DNA of 64,000 nt. Origin: Pseudomonadota bacterium (lineage in GTDB: Bacteria > Bdellovibrionota_B > Oligoflexia > Oligoflexales > CAIMVM01). The DNA is taken from assembly GCA_037142195.1 (NCBI GenBank), contig JBAXBA010000001.1:160001-224000 (forward strand). The letters run 5' to 3'. How positions within the stretch are numbered: the first letter of the stretch is position 1; each line of letters opens with the position of its first letter. A model generated the notes under the pieces. The model did not search any database. It saw only the letters and a program-made list of their open reading frames with translations, and was not told the origin of the DNA. The position numbers were made by a program, and so were the translations under genes. Shown here piece by piece: positions 1 to 11,636 of this stretch.

Positions 1-359
1 TCACCCGGAGACAAATAGGCGAGGGAAGTCATTTTTTTGTCTTGGAACACTTGCATCATTTCAAAAAATTGAAGGCCTGGAGATAATGGGCTACCATTTA
101 TGGGCCCCTTCTCTTGATCGGCCATCCAACGGTTTGCTAAACCCATATCCATTAATGGCCAATAGGTATCAGACCATGGTTGTTGGATTTCAGCTCCATT
201 GTCTTTACGAAGAATGTCCCAACTCGTATTCACGCTTCCTCCCATTAGAAGGGGGTCGTCCCAAGGCCCTGGAGCTTCTTTAAAATCCGAGTTTTTCATG
301 GGCTTACAATTGGCTATCGAAAGTGAGAGAAACAGGAAACAAATAGGCTTTAAAAGCAT
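1..359 (-). CDS. Putative lipoprotein, possibly transglutaminase-elicitor (GP42)-like; partial, runs off the window start
   Basis: Not in the ORF track. Hand translation from ATG at 359 is open to base 1: MLLKPICFLFLSLSIANC (lipobox-like) ... QPWSDTYWPLMDMGLANRW ... YLSPG. Confidence 0.6.
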   Translation of the reverse strand, partial: MLLKPICFLFLSLSIANCKPMKNSDFKEAPGPWDDPLLMGGSVNTSWDILRKDNGAEIQQPWSDTYWPLMDMGLANRWMADQEKGPINGSPLSPGLQFFEMMQVFQDKKMTSLAYLSPG

Positions 360-383
360 GGTTGGCGTCCTTTTGAAACTTGC

Positions 384-1235
384 TTAGAGATAAATCTCTT
401 TAATGGATTTATACACCCGAGGGTTGGGAACTCCTGAAGGAACCATTTCCAAATCGGGCTGGTTCGCAAGAGCTCGATAGATAGAGTTTCTCATGGCTTT
501 ACGTCCTTGTTTTCTGCCCCACAGGTCAATAAGGGCTGAAAGCCAACTCCCAAGGAAATGACCAAGTCCTATTTTAGGCTTAAGTGCATATTGAGTAAGG
601 GCGTTAGACATAATCGCTTTCATGGTGAATTTCGATGTCGCGAGATCAATAATATTTCGCGGTTCTGAGACCTCAGTTTTCGAAAGTTTTTCGAGATAGA
701 TGCTGAGATCTTCAACAGAAACTAAAGCACATTCCGACTTGGCCTTAAAAACAGGATAGAACAAAGGAAGTTTAAAAAACTCTTTGATATACAAATCAAA
801 AGGCGAAGTTTTCTTCTTAGAAACTAAGATAGGCACTCTTACTAGGATCACTTCGGGAATGACGGAATTGATAGCAACCCCTTCTGCGATATAGGAGTCC
901 TTATGCCAGGCATCCAAGCCATCAAATTTGCAACCGGTCTGAGACAACATAATCAATCTCTTTACACCGATTTTTTCGCAAAGAGTAACAATCGCTTCTG
1001 TGACTTGGGGCTTGCTTTCAAAGCTTGCCGCTAAATGGTAGGCCGTGTTCGCCCCCGCAAGAAGGTTCGCCGGCAGGACCGTTTCTTTCTTAGTGAGGTC
1101 GCCAGTACACCATTTTATCGAAGACGAATCATCCATGATTTTAGCGCGCGAGATCGCGGTGATTTTACCACTTAAGCGCAAAAGCAGCTCTTGTCCTACA
1201 AACCCACTGGCACCAAAGACTAATGTTCGACTCAT
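384..1235 (-). CDS. NAD(P)-dependent epimerase/dehydratase family (atypical SDR)
   Basis: N-terminal Rossmann motif VFGASGFVG, then GDL and YHLAA; overlaps the upstream glycosyltransferase stop. Confidence 0.75.
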   Translation of the reverse strand: MSRTLVFGASGFVGQELLLRLSGKITAISRAKIMDDSSSIKWCTGDLTKKETVLPANLLAGANTAYHLAASFESKPQVTEAIVTLCEKIGVKRLIMLSQTGCKFDGLDAWHKDSYIAEGVAINSVIPEVILVRVPILVSKKKTSPFDLYIKEFFKLPLFYPVFKAKSECALVSVEDLSIYLEKLSKTEVSEPRNIIDLATSKFTMKAIMSNALTQYALKPKIGLGHFLGSWLSALIDLWGRKQGRKAMRNSIYRALANQPDLEMVPSGVPNPRVYKSIKEIYL

Positions 1236-2260
1236 AACATCTCACCTCTTAAGTCATTATACACCTGAGCCAACGATTCGGCTGCTTTTGCCCAAGTTCG
1301 CTGCATGATCTTTTGTGTGAGCTCTTGACTTGGTCGAACATCGATCCATCTCGCTATGACTTGAGCCCACTCCTCCACATGATATCCCACGTTACCCTCA
1401 CCGAACTCTACGGTTTCATCAATGCCAGAGCCCTTATGAAACACTACGGGAACTCCGTGGGCATTCGCTTCCGCAGCCGGCAGGCAGAAGCCTTCATAAA
1501 GGCTTGGATGCACCAACACAAAAGCTTTGCGGTAAAGATCCGACAGCTCACTTTGCTCAAGCGAAGACTTGATCACCAATTGACCGCTCTCGCAAAGGTT
1601 TGAAAACATGCCTTTCATGCGTTGAGCACCTCTAGCATCTGTAACAAGAACCGCTTTTAGCCCCATGTATTCTGATATTTTGGCAAAAAATTCCAGGTTT
1701 TTGTAGACTTCGTAACGCGCTACGCACAGCAAATGCTCCTTAGCCGTTTCTGAGGGGGCTGTCCACGGCGGAAAACCATTAGGAATCACTCGAATTTTCT
1801 CCTCGGAGATACCCTCTCTTACCAGGGCTTCCTTGGTCCACTGGGAAACCGCAATCACCCGGTCTGCGCTCTTTGCAACTTGCTTATAAAGGGCTTTAAA
1901 GAGAATTCCATAACGCGAGGAATCCGACGTTAAAACAGGAATCAAGTCATGAATGGTGATGACTGAGCGGACACCTCTTTTAAGTTTTATAACTGGCCCA
2001 TTTATATTGGAAAGCCCATGGACAATACTGCCCTGGGGTAGAAAATAAGGCCGAACTTGAGGCAGAGGGAATTTGTTTTCCGAAAGACCTCCTGTAAGGA
2101 GAGCTTCCCCTATTTCTAGTCCGTTAAAAAGCCTCGGAGTCCAACCGAAGCTTAGCAATTGCTGACTCAGATTTCTGCCATAGCTGCCAATGCCGCTATG
2201 GGGTGAAGACAGGCCTAAATCGTCCCAAATCAGAGTCTTAGAGATATCCTTTGAAATCAT
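1232..2260 (-). CDS. Glycosyltransferase family 4 (GT-B, MtfB/WbaZ-like)
   Basis: Motifs ITIHDL, IAVSQWT, VIPNG and PSLYEGFCLPAAEA (E-x7-E). Confidence 0.9.
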   Translation of the reverse strand: MISKDISKTLIWDDLGLSSPHSGIGSYGRNLSQQLLSFGWTPRLFNGLEIGEALLTGGLSENKFPLPQVRPYFLPQGSIVHGLSNINGPVIKLKRGVRSVITIHDLIPVLTSDSSRYGILFKALYKQVAKSADRVIAVSQWTKEALVREGISEEKIRVIPNGFPPWTAPSETAKEHLLCVARYEVYKNLEFFAKISEYMGLKAVLVTDARGAQRMKGMFSNLCESGQLVIKSSLEQSELSDLYRKAFVLVHPSLYEGFCLPAAEANAHGVPVVFHKGSGIDETVEFGEGNVGYHVEEWAQVIARWIDVRPSQELTQKIMQRTWAKAAESLAQVYNDLRGEML

Positions 2261-2344
2261 ACCATGTCTTTCATCGCCTTGGATTTAATAAAAGCGCTTA
2301 AAGACTCATAGTACCCTACGTAAGAAACAAAATCGAATGGATGT

Positions 2345-2377
2345 AAAAAAACCGAGGATAGAATCCTCGGGTCTTTT
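2345..2377 (-). terminator. Rho-independent terminator after atpC
   Basis: Minus strand CCGAGGAT-TCT-ATCCTCGG followed by T7, just after the atpC stop. Confidence 0.85.
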
Positions 2378-2380
2378 CGA

Positions 2381-2794
2381 TTAACGGCGACTAAGTTCCG
2401 CAAGTTTTTTTCTCGCTCGGGCTCTCTCAAGAGCCGCAAGGGCCCGTGAAATGTCCAAGGCTTCCTCATGGGTTCTCGTTGCCAATCTCTGAGCTGCTCT
2501 TTTTTCGGCACCTTCAGCCCTTTGGCTGTCAATTTTAGATATGTCTTCAATCACACTGACCAATAGGGTTACCGAATTCTGAAACACTTCGATATATCCG
2601 CCAGATACAAAAAAGTTCTTTTTGTCTTGGCCCCTAATCTCTAACTTTCCAATCCCCAGTGAAGACACGAGGGCATTGTGATTGTAACGCACGCCGATGT
2701 ATCCCTTAGAGGTAGGAACGCTCACCTCTTCTGCGCTTCCTTCAAACAAACTAGCAGAAGGCGAAATTACTTTAACGTTTAAAACGTTATCCAT
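2381..2794 (-). CDS. atpC: ATP synthase F1 epsilon subunit
   Basis: VKVISP, GYIGVRYNH, VSGGYIEV and a C-terminal helical hairpin; last gene of the F1 block. Confidence 0.95.
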   Translation of the reverse strand: MDNVLNVKVISPSASLFEGSAEEVSVPTSKGYIGVRYNHNALVSSLGIGKLEIRGQDKKNFFVSGGYIEVFQNSVTLLVSVIEDISKIDSQRAEGAEKRAAQRLATRTHEEALDISRALAALERARARKKLAELSRR

Positions 2795-2833
2795 CAGAAT
2801 GCTCCTTAAACTTTAACCAAAAACAATCATCAA

Positions 2834-5125
<2,292 letters not shown>

Positions 5126-5126
<1 letters not shown>

Positions 5127-6637
5127 TATGCACCAAACCTCAAATCGAAGTCAGAAACTGCCTGACGAAGTTTTTCTTCTAGATCTCCAGAGAGTTTTGC
5201 TCCCCCACGAATGGAATCGAGAACCGCAGCATGTGAAGAATTCAAGTAGTCGTATAGACCCACTTCAAATTCACGAAGGCGCGATACGTCATATTTATCT
5301 AAAAAGCCTTTAGCAGCAGCGTAAAGAATAGAAACCTGAAGAGCCACATCCAATGGGGCATATTGAGGCTGCTTTAAAATCTCAACCAAAACTTTTCCGC
5401 GACGAAGGGTCTTTTGAGTCGCTTCATCAAGATCTGAGCCGAATTGGGAAAACGCAGCAAGCTCTCTGTACTGAGCAAGTTCAAGGCGAAGGGTACCCGA
5501 TATAGACTTCATAGCAGCAATTTGTGCTGAGCCACCCACTCGAGAAACCGATTGCCCGGCGTTCATAGCGGGACGAACACCTGAGAAGAATAAGTCAGAT
5601 TCTAAGAAAATTTGGCCGTCAGTAATAGAAATTACGTTCGTAGGAACATAAGCAGAAATGTCTCCGGCCTGAGTTTCAATGATCGGAAGAGCCGTTATGG
5701 AGCCATTACCTAGATCATCATTCAGTTTACAAGCGCGCTCTAAAAGACGGCTGTGAATGTAAAATACATCCCCAGGATAAGCTTCACGTCCGGGAGGTCT
5801 GCGTAGAAGAAGAGACAATTCGCGGTAAGCTGCTGCCTGCTTAGAAAGGTCATCATAAACGATGAGCGCGTGCTCCTTGTTTTTCATGAACCACTCAGCC
5901 ATAGCAACACCTGCATAGGGCGCCAAAAACTGCATGGGGGCTGGGTCTGTAGCCGGTGCAGATACGATGATGGTATAATCAAGGGCGCCGTTTTTCTTGA
6001 GGCGCTCAACGATTTGTGCCACGTTGGACTGCTTTTGTCCGATCGCAACATAAATACAAATAACACCTTTGCCCTTTTGATTGATAATCGTGTCCAGTGC
6101 GACTGTCGTCTTGCCGGTTTGGCGGTCACCAATGATAAGCTCACGCTGTCCTCGGCCAATCGGCGTCATGGCATCGATACACTTTAAGCCTGTCTGTAAA
6201 GGCTCATGAACGGATTTACGAGCAATAATTCCCGGGGCTTTAACTTCTACCTGGCCTTTTTCTGAGCCTTCAATAGGGCCGAGACCATCAAGAGGCACGC
6301 CAAGGGCATCCACAACGCGACCCAATAGACCGCGGCCTACGGGAACGGAGTTAATGGTTTTTAAACGACGTACGGAGTCGCCTTCGCTTACTCCATCAGC
6401 GGTACCAAAAAGCGCCACACCCACGTTGTCTTCTTCGAGGTTCAACACGACACCCTTAGAGCCATTTTGGAACTCAACCATTTCACCGGCCATCGCGCCT
6501 TCAAGCCCATATACACGGGCAATACCGTCGCCAACAGAAAGTACAGATCCTGTTTCTTCAAGCTGTACCTTCGTTCCGAAGGTCTTGATGCGGTCACTTA
6601 TGATCTTGCTAACTTCTTCAATCTTGATTTTTTCCAT
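5126..6637 (-). CDS. atpA: ATP synthase F1 alpha subunit
   Basis: [20 protein letters not shown] and [10 protein letters not shown]. Confidence 0.98.
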
Positions 6638-6649
6638 GTCTTTTTGGCC

Positions 6650-7186
6650 TCACTGAACTGCAAATGCAGTTAATTTATCTAATTTTGTTTGAACACTCAT
6701 ATCAATCAATTTATTGCCCACCCGTACTTTAAATCCCCCGTAGACAGCGGGATCTATTTTTTGGTTTAGCAGTAACTTGATATTTAACTTTTGCTCTGCA
6801 GCTTCGGTTATGTGCTTCATGGTAAGATCATCCAGATGCACTGCTGAAATCACCTCTCCCTCTGCTATGTTTTTTGAGGCAAGAATAAGAACCTTGAGCT
6901 GCTCAGTGATTGCTGGAATCAACTCTATGCGTCCAGACTCAAGTAGGACACCCACGAAATTGTAAATCGTTTTGTCTGCCTTCACTTTATCTAAACAATA
7001 CTCTAAAAGATCTTTTTTAAATCCTTTAGGCATAACAGGGCTTTTTAAAATCCTGCCAGCGTCTGCCATGGTAAAAACTTCGGTCATTTCCCGAAGAGCG
7101 GCTAAACCTAGGTCTGCGGCCTCAGCTGAGCCGAGGGCTGTCATAAGGGCCTTAGCATATCGCGAAGAAAGCGCTTGAGTATTCAT
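6650..7186 (-). CDS. atpH: ATP synthase delta subunit
   Basis: RYAKAL at the N-terminus, IDPAVYGG...IDMS at the C-terminus; operon position. Confidence 0.93.
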   Translation of the reverse strand: MNTQALSSRYAKALMTALGSAEAADLGLAALREMTEVFTMADAGRILKSPVMPKGFKKDLLEYCLDKVKADKTIYNFVGVLLESGRIELIPAITEQLKVLILASKNIAEGEVISAVHLDDLTMKHITEAAEQKLNIKLLLNQKIDPAVYGGFKVRVGNKLIDMSVQTKLDKLTAFAVQ

Positions 7187-7194
7187 GATCTTCC

Positions 7195-7827
7195 TTACGC
7201 TTGAGTGATATTAGAAATTAAAGATTGATTATATTTTTGACCGCGCTCACCACTTAATTCTGCAGATACTTTGGTGATAATTTCATTCTTGATGGTTCCT
7301 ATGATTTCTTTCTCAAGCGCTCTTTTGGCCTCTGCAAGTTCTGTTGCGGCAATACGCTTCGCTTCTAAATTGATGTGCGCTGCTAAAGCGCGCGCTTCAT
7401 TTAAAATACGTTCGCTCTCTTTTAAGGCGTCTTCTGTGCCCTTGGCAACAATTTCCGCCACTTCTTTTTCAAGAACGGAATTTCGCAATTTCGCCTCTGC
7501 CAATTGGGCTTCCGCTTCTCTTTTTAATTTTTCTGCTTCAGCCTTTAAATCCAAATAAGACTGTCTTTTTGCAGTCATTGCTTTTTTAATGGGCCCCTTT
7601 AGGAAAAAGTAGGCCAGCAAAGCGAAAACCAAAAAATTAAAGGTGGGAATAAACTGTCCCATGATGGGATCAAATGCGTGAGCCTCGTGCGCTTCTGCGC
7701 CGTGTGTTGTTTGATCTGCTGCATGGGATTCAGCACCCGTTGCAGCTTGATCTGAACCGTGCGCTTCAGTACCAGCGGTTGTCTGATCTGGCACATGCTC
7801 TGTGGAAGGATTGTTCTCGTTTTCCAT
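7195..7827 (-). CDS. atpF: ATP synthase F0 subunit b, with His/acidic N-terminal extension
   Basis: NFLVFALLAYFFL transmembrane helix followed by a long coiled coil; directly upstream of atpH. Confidence 0.88.
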   Translation of the reverse strand: MENENNPSTEHVPDQTTAGTEAHGSDQAATGAESHAADQTTHGAEAHEAHAFDPIMGQFIPTFNFLVFALLAYFFLKGPIKKAMTAKRQSYLDLKAEAEKLKREAEAQLAEAKLRNSVLEKEVAEIVAKGTEDALKESERILNEARALAAHINLEAKRIAATELAEAKRALEKEIIGTIKNEIITKVSAELSGERGQKYNQSLISNITQA

Positions 7828-7837
7828 ATCGGAAGCC

Positions 7838-8269
7838 TCAATTTAACAGTTTTTTAAAGATCTCATCAGACAAGGGGCCAAGAATTTCCTTGGATTTAGC
7901 ACGCTCTGAACTCAAATTGCTTTTTAAATCGGTTCGAAAACTATCTAAAAAACTTTGGGATTCTTCTGAAGCCGCTGCTGTAATTTGGCTTTGCTGCTTT
8001 TGGGCTTGTTCCCGAGCAGCCTTTATGGTGCTGCGGGCCCGTTCAAGTGCGGCGGAGGTCTTTTGTTTTATAGTTTCAGAAATTGCAGCCACTTCCTTTA
8101 GGGTGCGGCGCGCCTCATCTTGGTTTCCGACCGTGTCTTGATCACGGGCGGCCTTCAGTTTTTGATAAGGTTTTAAAATAAGAGCATTTACCAACCATAC
8201 ATTGGTTAAAAATATCCCAGTTTGCACCACCAATAATGTCGGGTTTGGCACTAGACTTAACTCAGCCAT
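7838..8269 (-). CDS. ATP synthase F0 subunit b'
   Basis: PNPTLLVVQ...LILKPY single TM plus coiled coil; first gene after parB. Confidence 0.85.
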   Translation of the reverse strand: MAELSLVPNPTLLVVQTGIFLTNVWLVNALILKPYQKLKAARDQDTVGNQDEARRTLKEVAAISETIKQKTSAALERARSTIKAAREQAQKQQSQITAAASEESQSFLDSFRTDLKSNLSSERAKSKEILGPLSDEIFKKLLN

Positions 8270-8419
8270 ATGTACACCTGCTGGAAAAAAAACAAGTTAA
8301 AACTCGGGCGAATGAATACCTAAAAACACTTACTTTAACAAGCACTAAAGATAAAATATTCGGGGGCCCACAAACACTCGTGATCTGTTTAGGTCTTGAA
8401 CATTTTACCCTAGGACTTT

Positions 8420-9358
8420 CTAGCGCAACTTTGACCCCACCAAACCCAAAATGCGTTCTAGCTCATTTGATGAAAAATAAGACAGCACGATGGTACCCCG
8501 AGTCCCGTTTCCGGTGAGTCTAACTTTCGTCCTAAGATGGGCGCGCAGGTTTTCAGCCAGGTGAAGAAGGTCGTTGGACTTTCTTGTATCATCCTGATTT
8601 TCTTTGGCTTTTTCACCTTTTTTGAAGGTTTTACATAACTGTTCCGTCTGGCGTACATTAAGCTCACGCTCCAAAACCAGCTTTCTGGCGGCCATTATTC
8701 TGTCCTTGGACTCTAGGCCGAGAAGGGCGCGCGCGTGCCCCATGGTGAGCTTCTTATTGATGAGGTCGTCCTGAACTTCAAGGGGAAGGCTCAAAAGTCG
8801 TAAGATATTGGTAATCGTCGGCCTCTCTTTACCTACAGCAAGAGCACAAGCCTCCTGGGTTAGCCCATGCTCTTTTATCAAAGCATCATAGGCCGCCGCT
8901 TCTTCTATGACATTCAAGTCTGAGCGCTGAATATTTTCGATGAGCGCAATGCGCAGATACTCTTCCGGATTGATTTCTTTCACAATCACGGGAATTTTCT
9001 TTATACCAGCAATCTTAGAAGCTCGAAGTCGTCGTTCGCCTGCTATGAGTATATATTGGTTGCCACTTCTAGACACAATCACGGGCTGTAGCACCCCGTC
9101 CTTGCGAATAGAATTCGCTAAGTCTTCTAGTTCTTGATTATTAAATTGTTTTCTTGGCTGATTAGGATTTGTGACAATAGTAGCCGGATCCAGCTCAATG
9201 ATGGCGCCCACCACTTGATTTCCGACTGAGGGCATTCCAGTATGTCCCATGGGTGGGTTAGAAACAAGATTCCCACTCGTATTTTGAGTCGCGCCTCCAA
9301 AAAGGGACTCGATTCCTTTTCCTAATCCGCCTTTTCTGCTTTTATCGATGGAAGTCAT
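8420..9358 (-). CDS. parB: Chromosome partitioning protein ParB/Spo0J
   Basis: GLGKGIESL, NPNQPRKQF, AGERRLRA and IENIQRSDL. Confidence 0.97.
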   Translation of the reverse strand: MTSIDKSRKGGLGKGIESLFGGATQNTSGNLVSNPPMGHTGMPSVGNQVVGAIIELDPATIVTNPNQPRKQFNNQELEDLANSIRKDGVLQPVIVSRSGNQYILIAGERRLRASKIAGIKKIPVIVKEINPEEYLRIALIENIQRSDLNVIEEAAAYDALIKEHGLTQEACALAVGKERPTITNILRLLSLPLEVQDDLINKKLTMGHARALLGLESKDRIMAARKLVLERELNVRQTEQLCKTFKKGEKAKENQDDTRKSNDLLHLAENLRAHLRTKVRLTGNGTRGTIVLSYFSSNELERILGLVGSKLR

Positions 9359-10161
9359 TAGATGGACACCTCATTTGAAGTTGAGCGAGCAGCCCGCTTT
9401 TTATACTTTGCAACCACTGCCTTGGCTAATTCCATGTACGCCAGGGCCCCTTTGCTGGAAATATCATATAGAATCACTGGCTTTCCATGACTTGGTGCCT
9501 CAGAAACCTTGACACTTCTGGGGATAACCACTTCAAAAACCTGATTGCCAAAGTGTTTTCTCGCCTCATTTTCTACATCTCGGCTCAGTTTATTACGACG
9601 ATCATACATAGTCAGTAGAATGCCCTCTATAACTAAGGTGGGATTGATTCGCTGTTGAATCAGTCCGATGGTCTTCATAAGTTGTGTTAAGCCTTCTAAA
9701 GCATAGTATTCACACTGCAATGGAATCAGCACAGAGTGAGACGCGGCGAGGGCGTTGATCGTAAGAAGCCCTAAAGCTGGTGGGCAGTCCAATATGATAT
9801 AGTCATATACTGTTCCTACTTCTGCCAGGGCGTCACGAAGTCTCATTTCGCGGCCGATCATGGATACCAATTCCACTTCGGCGCCTATAAGATCTTGGGT
9901 TGCTGGAGCTATATCCAGATATTTCAGCTCGGTTTTTAGGATTATTTCTTTTATGGAAATTTCATCTACCATAACATTATAAATACTATGGCTGACATCC
10001 TGTTGATAAATGCCTAATCCACTGCAAGAGTTCGACTGGGGATCCATATCCACAAGTAAAACTTTTTTTTCTGCGGCGGCAAGTGAGGCCGACAGATTAA
10101 CTGCAGTAGTTGTTTTTCCAACCCCGCCCTTTTGGTTTGATATGGCGATTATCTGTGCCAT
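9358..10161 (-). CDS. parA: Chromosome partitioning ATPase ParA/Soj
   Basis: [10 protein letters not shown] deviant Walker [18 protein letters not shown]. Start set at MAQII. Confidence 0.97.
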   Translation of the reverse strand: MAQIIAISNQKGGVGKTTTAVNLSASLAAAEKKVLLVDMDPQSNSCSGLGIYQQDVSHSIYNVMVDEISIKEIILKTELKYLDIAPATQDLIGAEVELVSMIGREMRLRDALAEVGTVYDYIILDCPPALGLLTINALAASHSVLIPLQCEYYALEGLTQLMKTIGLIQQRINPTLVIEGILLTMYDRRNKLSRDVENEARKHFGNQVFEVVIPRSVKVSEAPSHGKPVILYDISSKGALAYMELAKAVVAKYKKRAARSTSNEVSI

Positions 10162-10236
10162 TTGGTCACCCCTTTTCAAAAGCATGATTTTGTAATCTTG
10201 TTTATACTATGGACCCATTTATTGCAACTGAGTTCA

Positions 10237-10252
10237 TGTTCCACGTGGAACT
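10237..10252. promoter_or_regulatory. parS: parS site 1
   Basis: TGTTCCACGTGGAACT, near-palindrome matching the tGTTNCACGTGNAACa consensus. Confidence 0.88.
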
Positions 10253-10323
10253 TTCACGTCCCGATGTTTAGATTTCGCTTTCTAGATCCCTTTTAGGAAA
10301 GGAAGACACGTCCAAGATGAAAA

Positions 10324-10339
10324 TGTTTCACGTGGAACA
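10324..10339. promoter_or_regulatory. parS: parS site 2
   Basis: TGTTTCACGTGGAACA. Confidence 0.92.
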
Positions 10340-10439
10340 TTGGTAAGCATCTATCAAAAGCTTTCACTGGGCCATCAAATGTTCCCATTAAAAGATGAGA
10401 ACAACTCATATGCAGCAAAATTCGTTCTCTCCCCATAAA

Positions 10440-10455
10440 GGTTCCACGTGGAACA
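10440..10455. promoter_or_regulatory. parS: parS site 3
   Basis: GGTTCCACGTGGAACA. Confidence 0.88.
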
Positions 10456-10589
10456 AGCCTCCCACACTTCCAACAATAGATTTTTTTGCGGGACCACAAA
10501 CTCCCTATCTAAGTCAAACCGAATCTCTTACTCCACAACCTCAATTTAAGGAAAATATCCCACAAAGAAGTTCTCTCTCTTTGGCTGAA

Positions 10590-10605
10590 GGTTCCACGTG
10601 GAACA
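10590..10605. promoter_or_regulatory. parS: parS site 4
   Basis: GGTTCCACGTGGAACA. Confidence 0.88.
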
Positions 10606-10648
10606 TATGGGAGCGTCGTTCCCAGCGACAAAATTCTTCTTTCGCCGA

Positions 10649-10664
10649 TGTTCCACGTGGAACA
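10649..10664. promoter_or_regulatory. parS: parS site 5
   Basis: TGTTCCACGTGGAACA, a perfect palindrome. Confidence 0.92.
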
Positions 10665-10799
10665 TGGGTGAAAGATGTGCGGCTTTGAAAAAAATAGGCT
10701 TTTTCCATTCATCCCAACCTTAAAATACTAAAAATAGGACCGAAGTGTAACAAAATCTCTTAATACGGTTGTCGTACGGATGACATTAAGTATCATTTC

Positions 10800-10990
10800 A
10801 AAAAATATGAAATGAACTGGAAAAAATACGATGATTTTTGGAAAATTAACAATATTTTAGATAGATTTTGGATAATATCAGGAATTTTTAAATAATTTTT
10901 TGAAATTTAGCCGATTTTATCAGAAAAACATCAAATTTACTCAAAAAATCGGCGTTATTCTCGAATTTTGACCAATTATAGGATTTTTTC
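10800..10990. other. AT-rich segment with ~10-bp phased A/T tracts (predicted curved DNA)
   Basis: A/T tracts start at 10835, 10842, 10855, 10866, 10883, 10894, 10903, 10915, 10924, 10933, 10943, 10964, 10974 and 10984; no ORF. Confidence 0.65.
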
Positions 10991-11263
10991 CATCATTTGG
11001 GTAAGAATTAATCTAATTTGCATGATTTGATTGATTTGCTTATTTATAGGGAAGTTCTTCATCCGGCCGTTTTTTTCGGCGGATATTGGCCTGAAGTCAG
11101 TGGGAAGTTCGGCTGATAGAGGACGCCTATTGAAAAAAATGACTCTTAAATATTTTAATGAAATTTAAGTTCGTGAACTTCTAACTGATGATAAATAGTT
11201 GGCAAGTGACAGAAGAATTGTCTGAAGACGTTGTTTGATGCAAAAAAAACGAAATTTGGACCC

Positions 11264-11304
11264 AAAAAAACCGGCGTGGCGAAATGAAATTCGCCTTACC
11301 GGTT
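11264..11304 (-). terminator. Rho-independent terminator after atpE
   Basis: Minus strand AACCGG-TAA-GGCGAA...TTCGCC-ACG-CCGG followed by T7. Confidence 0.75.
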
Positions 11305-11371
11305 CTTAAGTCTTCTTATTTTCTCTTCTAGAAGGAGCTTTAAAAATAAAGCTCTAACCTATAATCAAACT

Positions 11372-11605
11372 CTAGAACTTGCCTACGAGCATGATAGCGA
11401 TAATGAAAGAAAGAATCGCTTGGAATTCCATAAATGCTAGACCTAGAAGGAAAGGAGTAAATACATCGTCTTTAGAAGATGGATTACGTGCGATTCCTTC
11501 AAATGCTGCTGCAGCTGCGCGTCCTTGGCCGCCAGCGGCACCGAAAGCTCCTAGACCAATAGCTAGACCTGCTGCTATGGCGATTAAACCTGCTTGTGAT
11601 TCCAT
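11372..11605 (-). CDS. atpE: ATP synthase F0 subunit c
   Basis: Gly-rich helix 1, IARNP loop, and ion-binding Glu in AFMEFQ. Confidence 0.95.
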   Translation of the reverse strand: MESQAGLIAIAAGLAIGLGAFGAAGGQGRAAAAAFEGIARNPSSKDDVFTPFLLGLAFMEFQAILSFIIAIMLVGKF

Positions 11606-11636
11606 GATAAACTCCTTTAAAAATTAAACACACTGA

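Noticed and set aside
10237..10664. Regularly recurring palindrome as a CRISPR array
   Set aside because: Units are 16 bp, spacing is irregular (59-150 bp), they match parS, and there are no cas genes.
10293..10712. Short ORFs with repeated VPRGT/STWN peptides
   Set aside because: The peptide repeats are just translations of the parS palindromes.
10690..11230. AT-rich block as oriC
   Set aside because: Only one 8/9 DnaA box (10867-10875) and no trios; the dnaA-dnaN gap has both boxes and trios.
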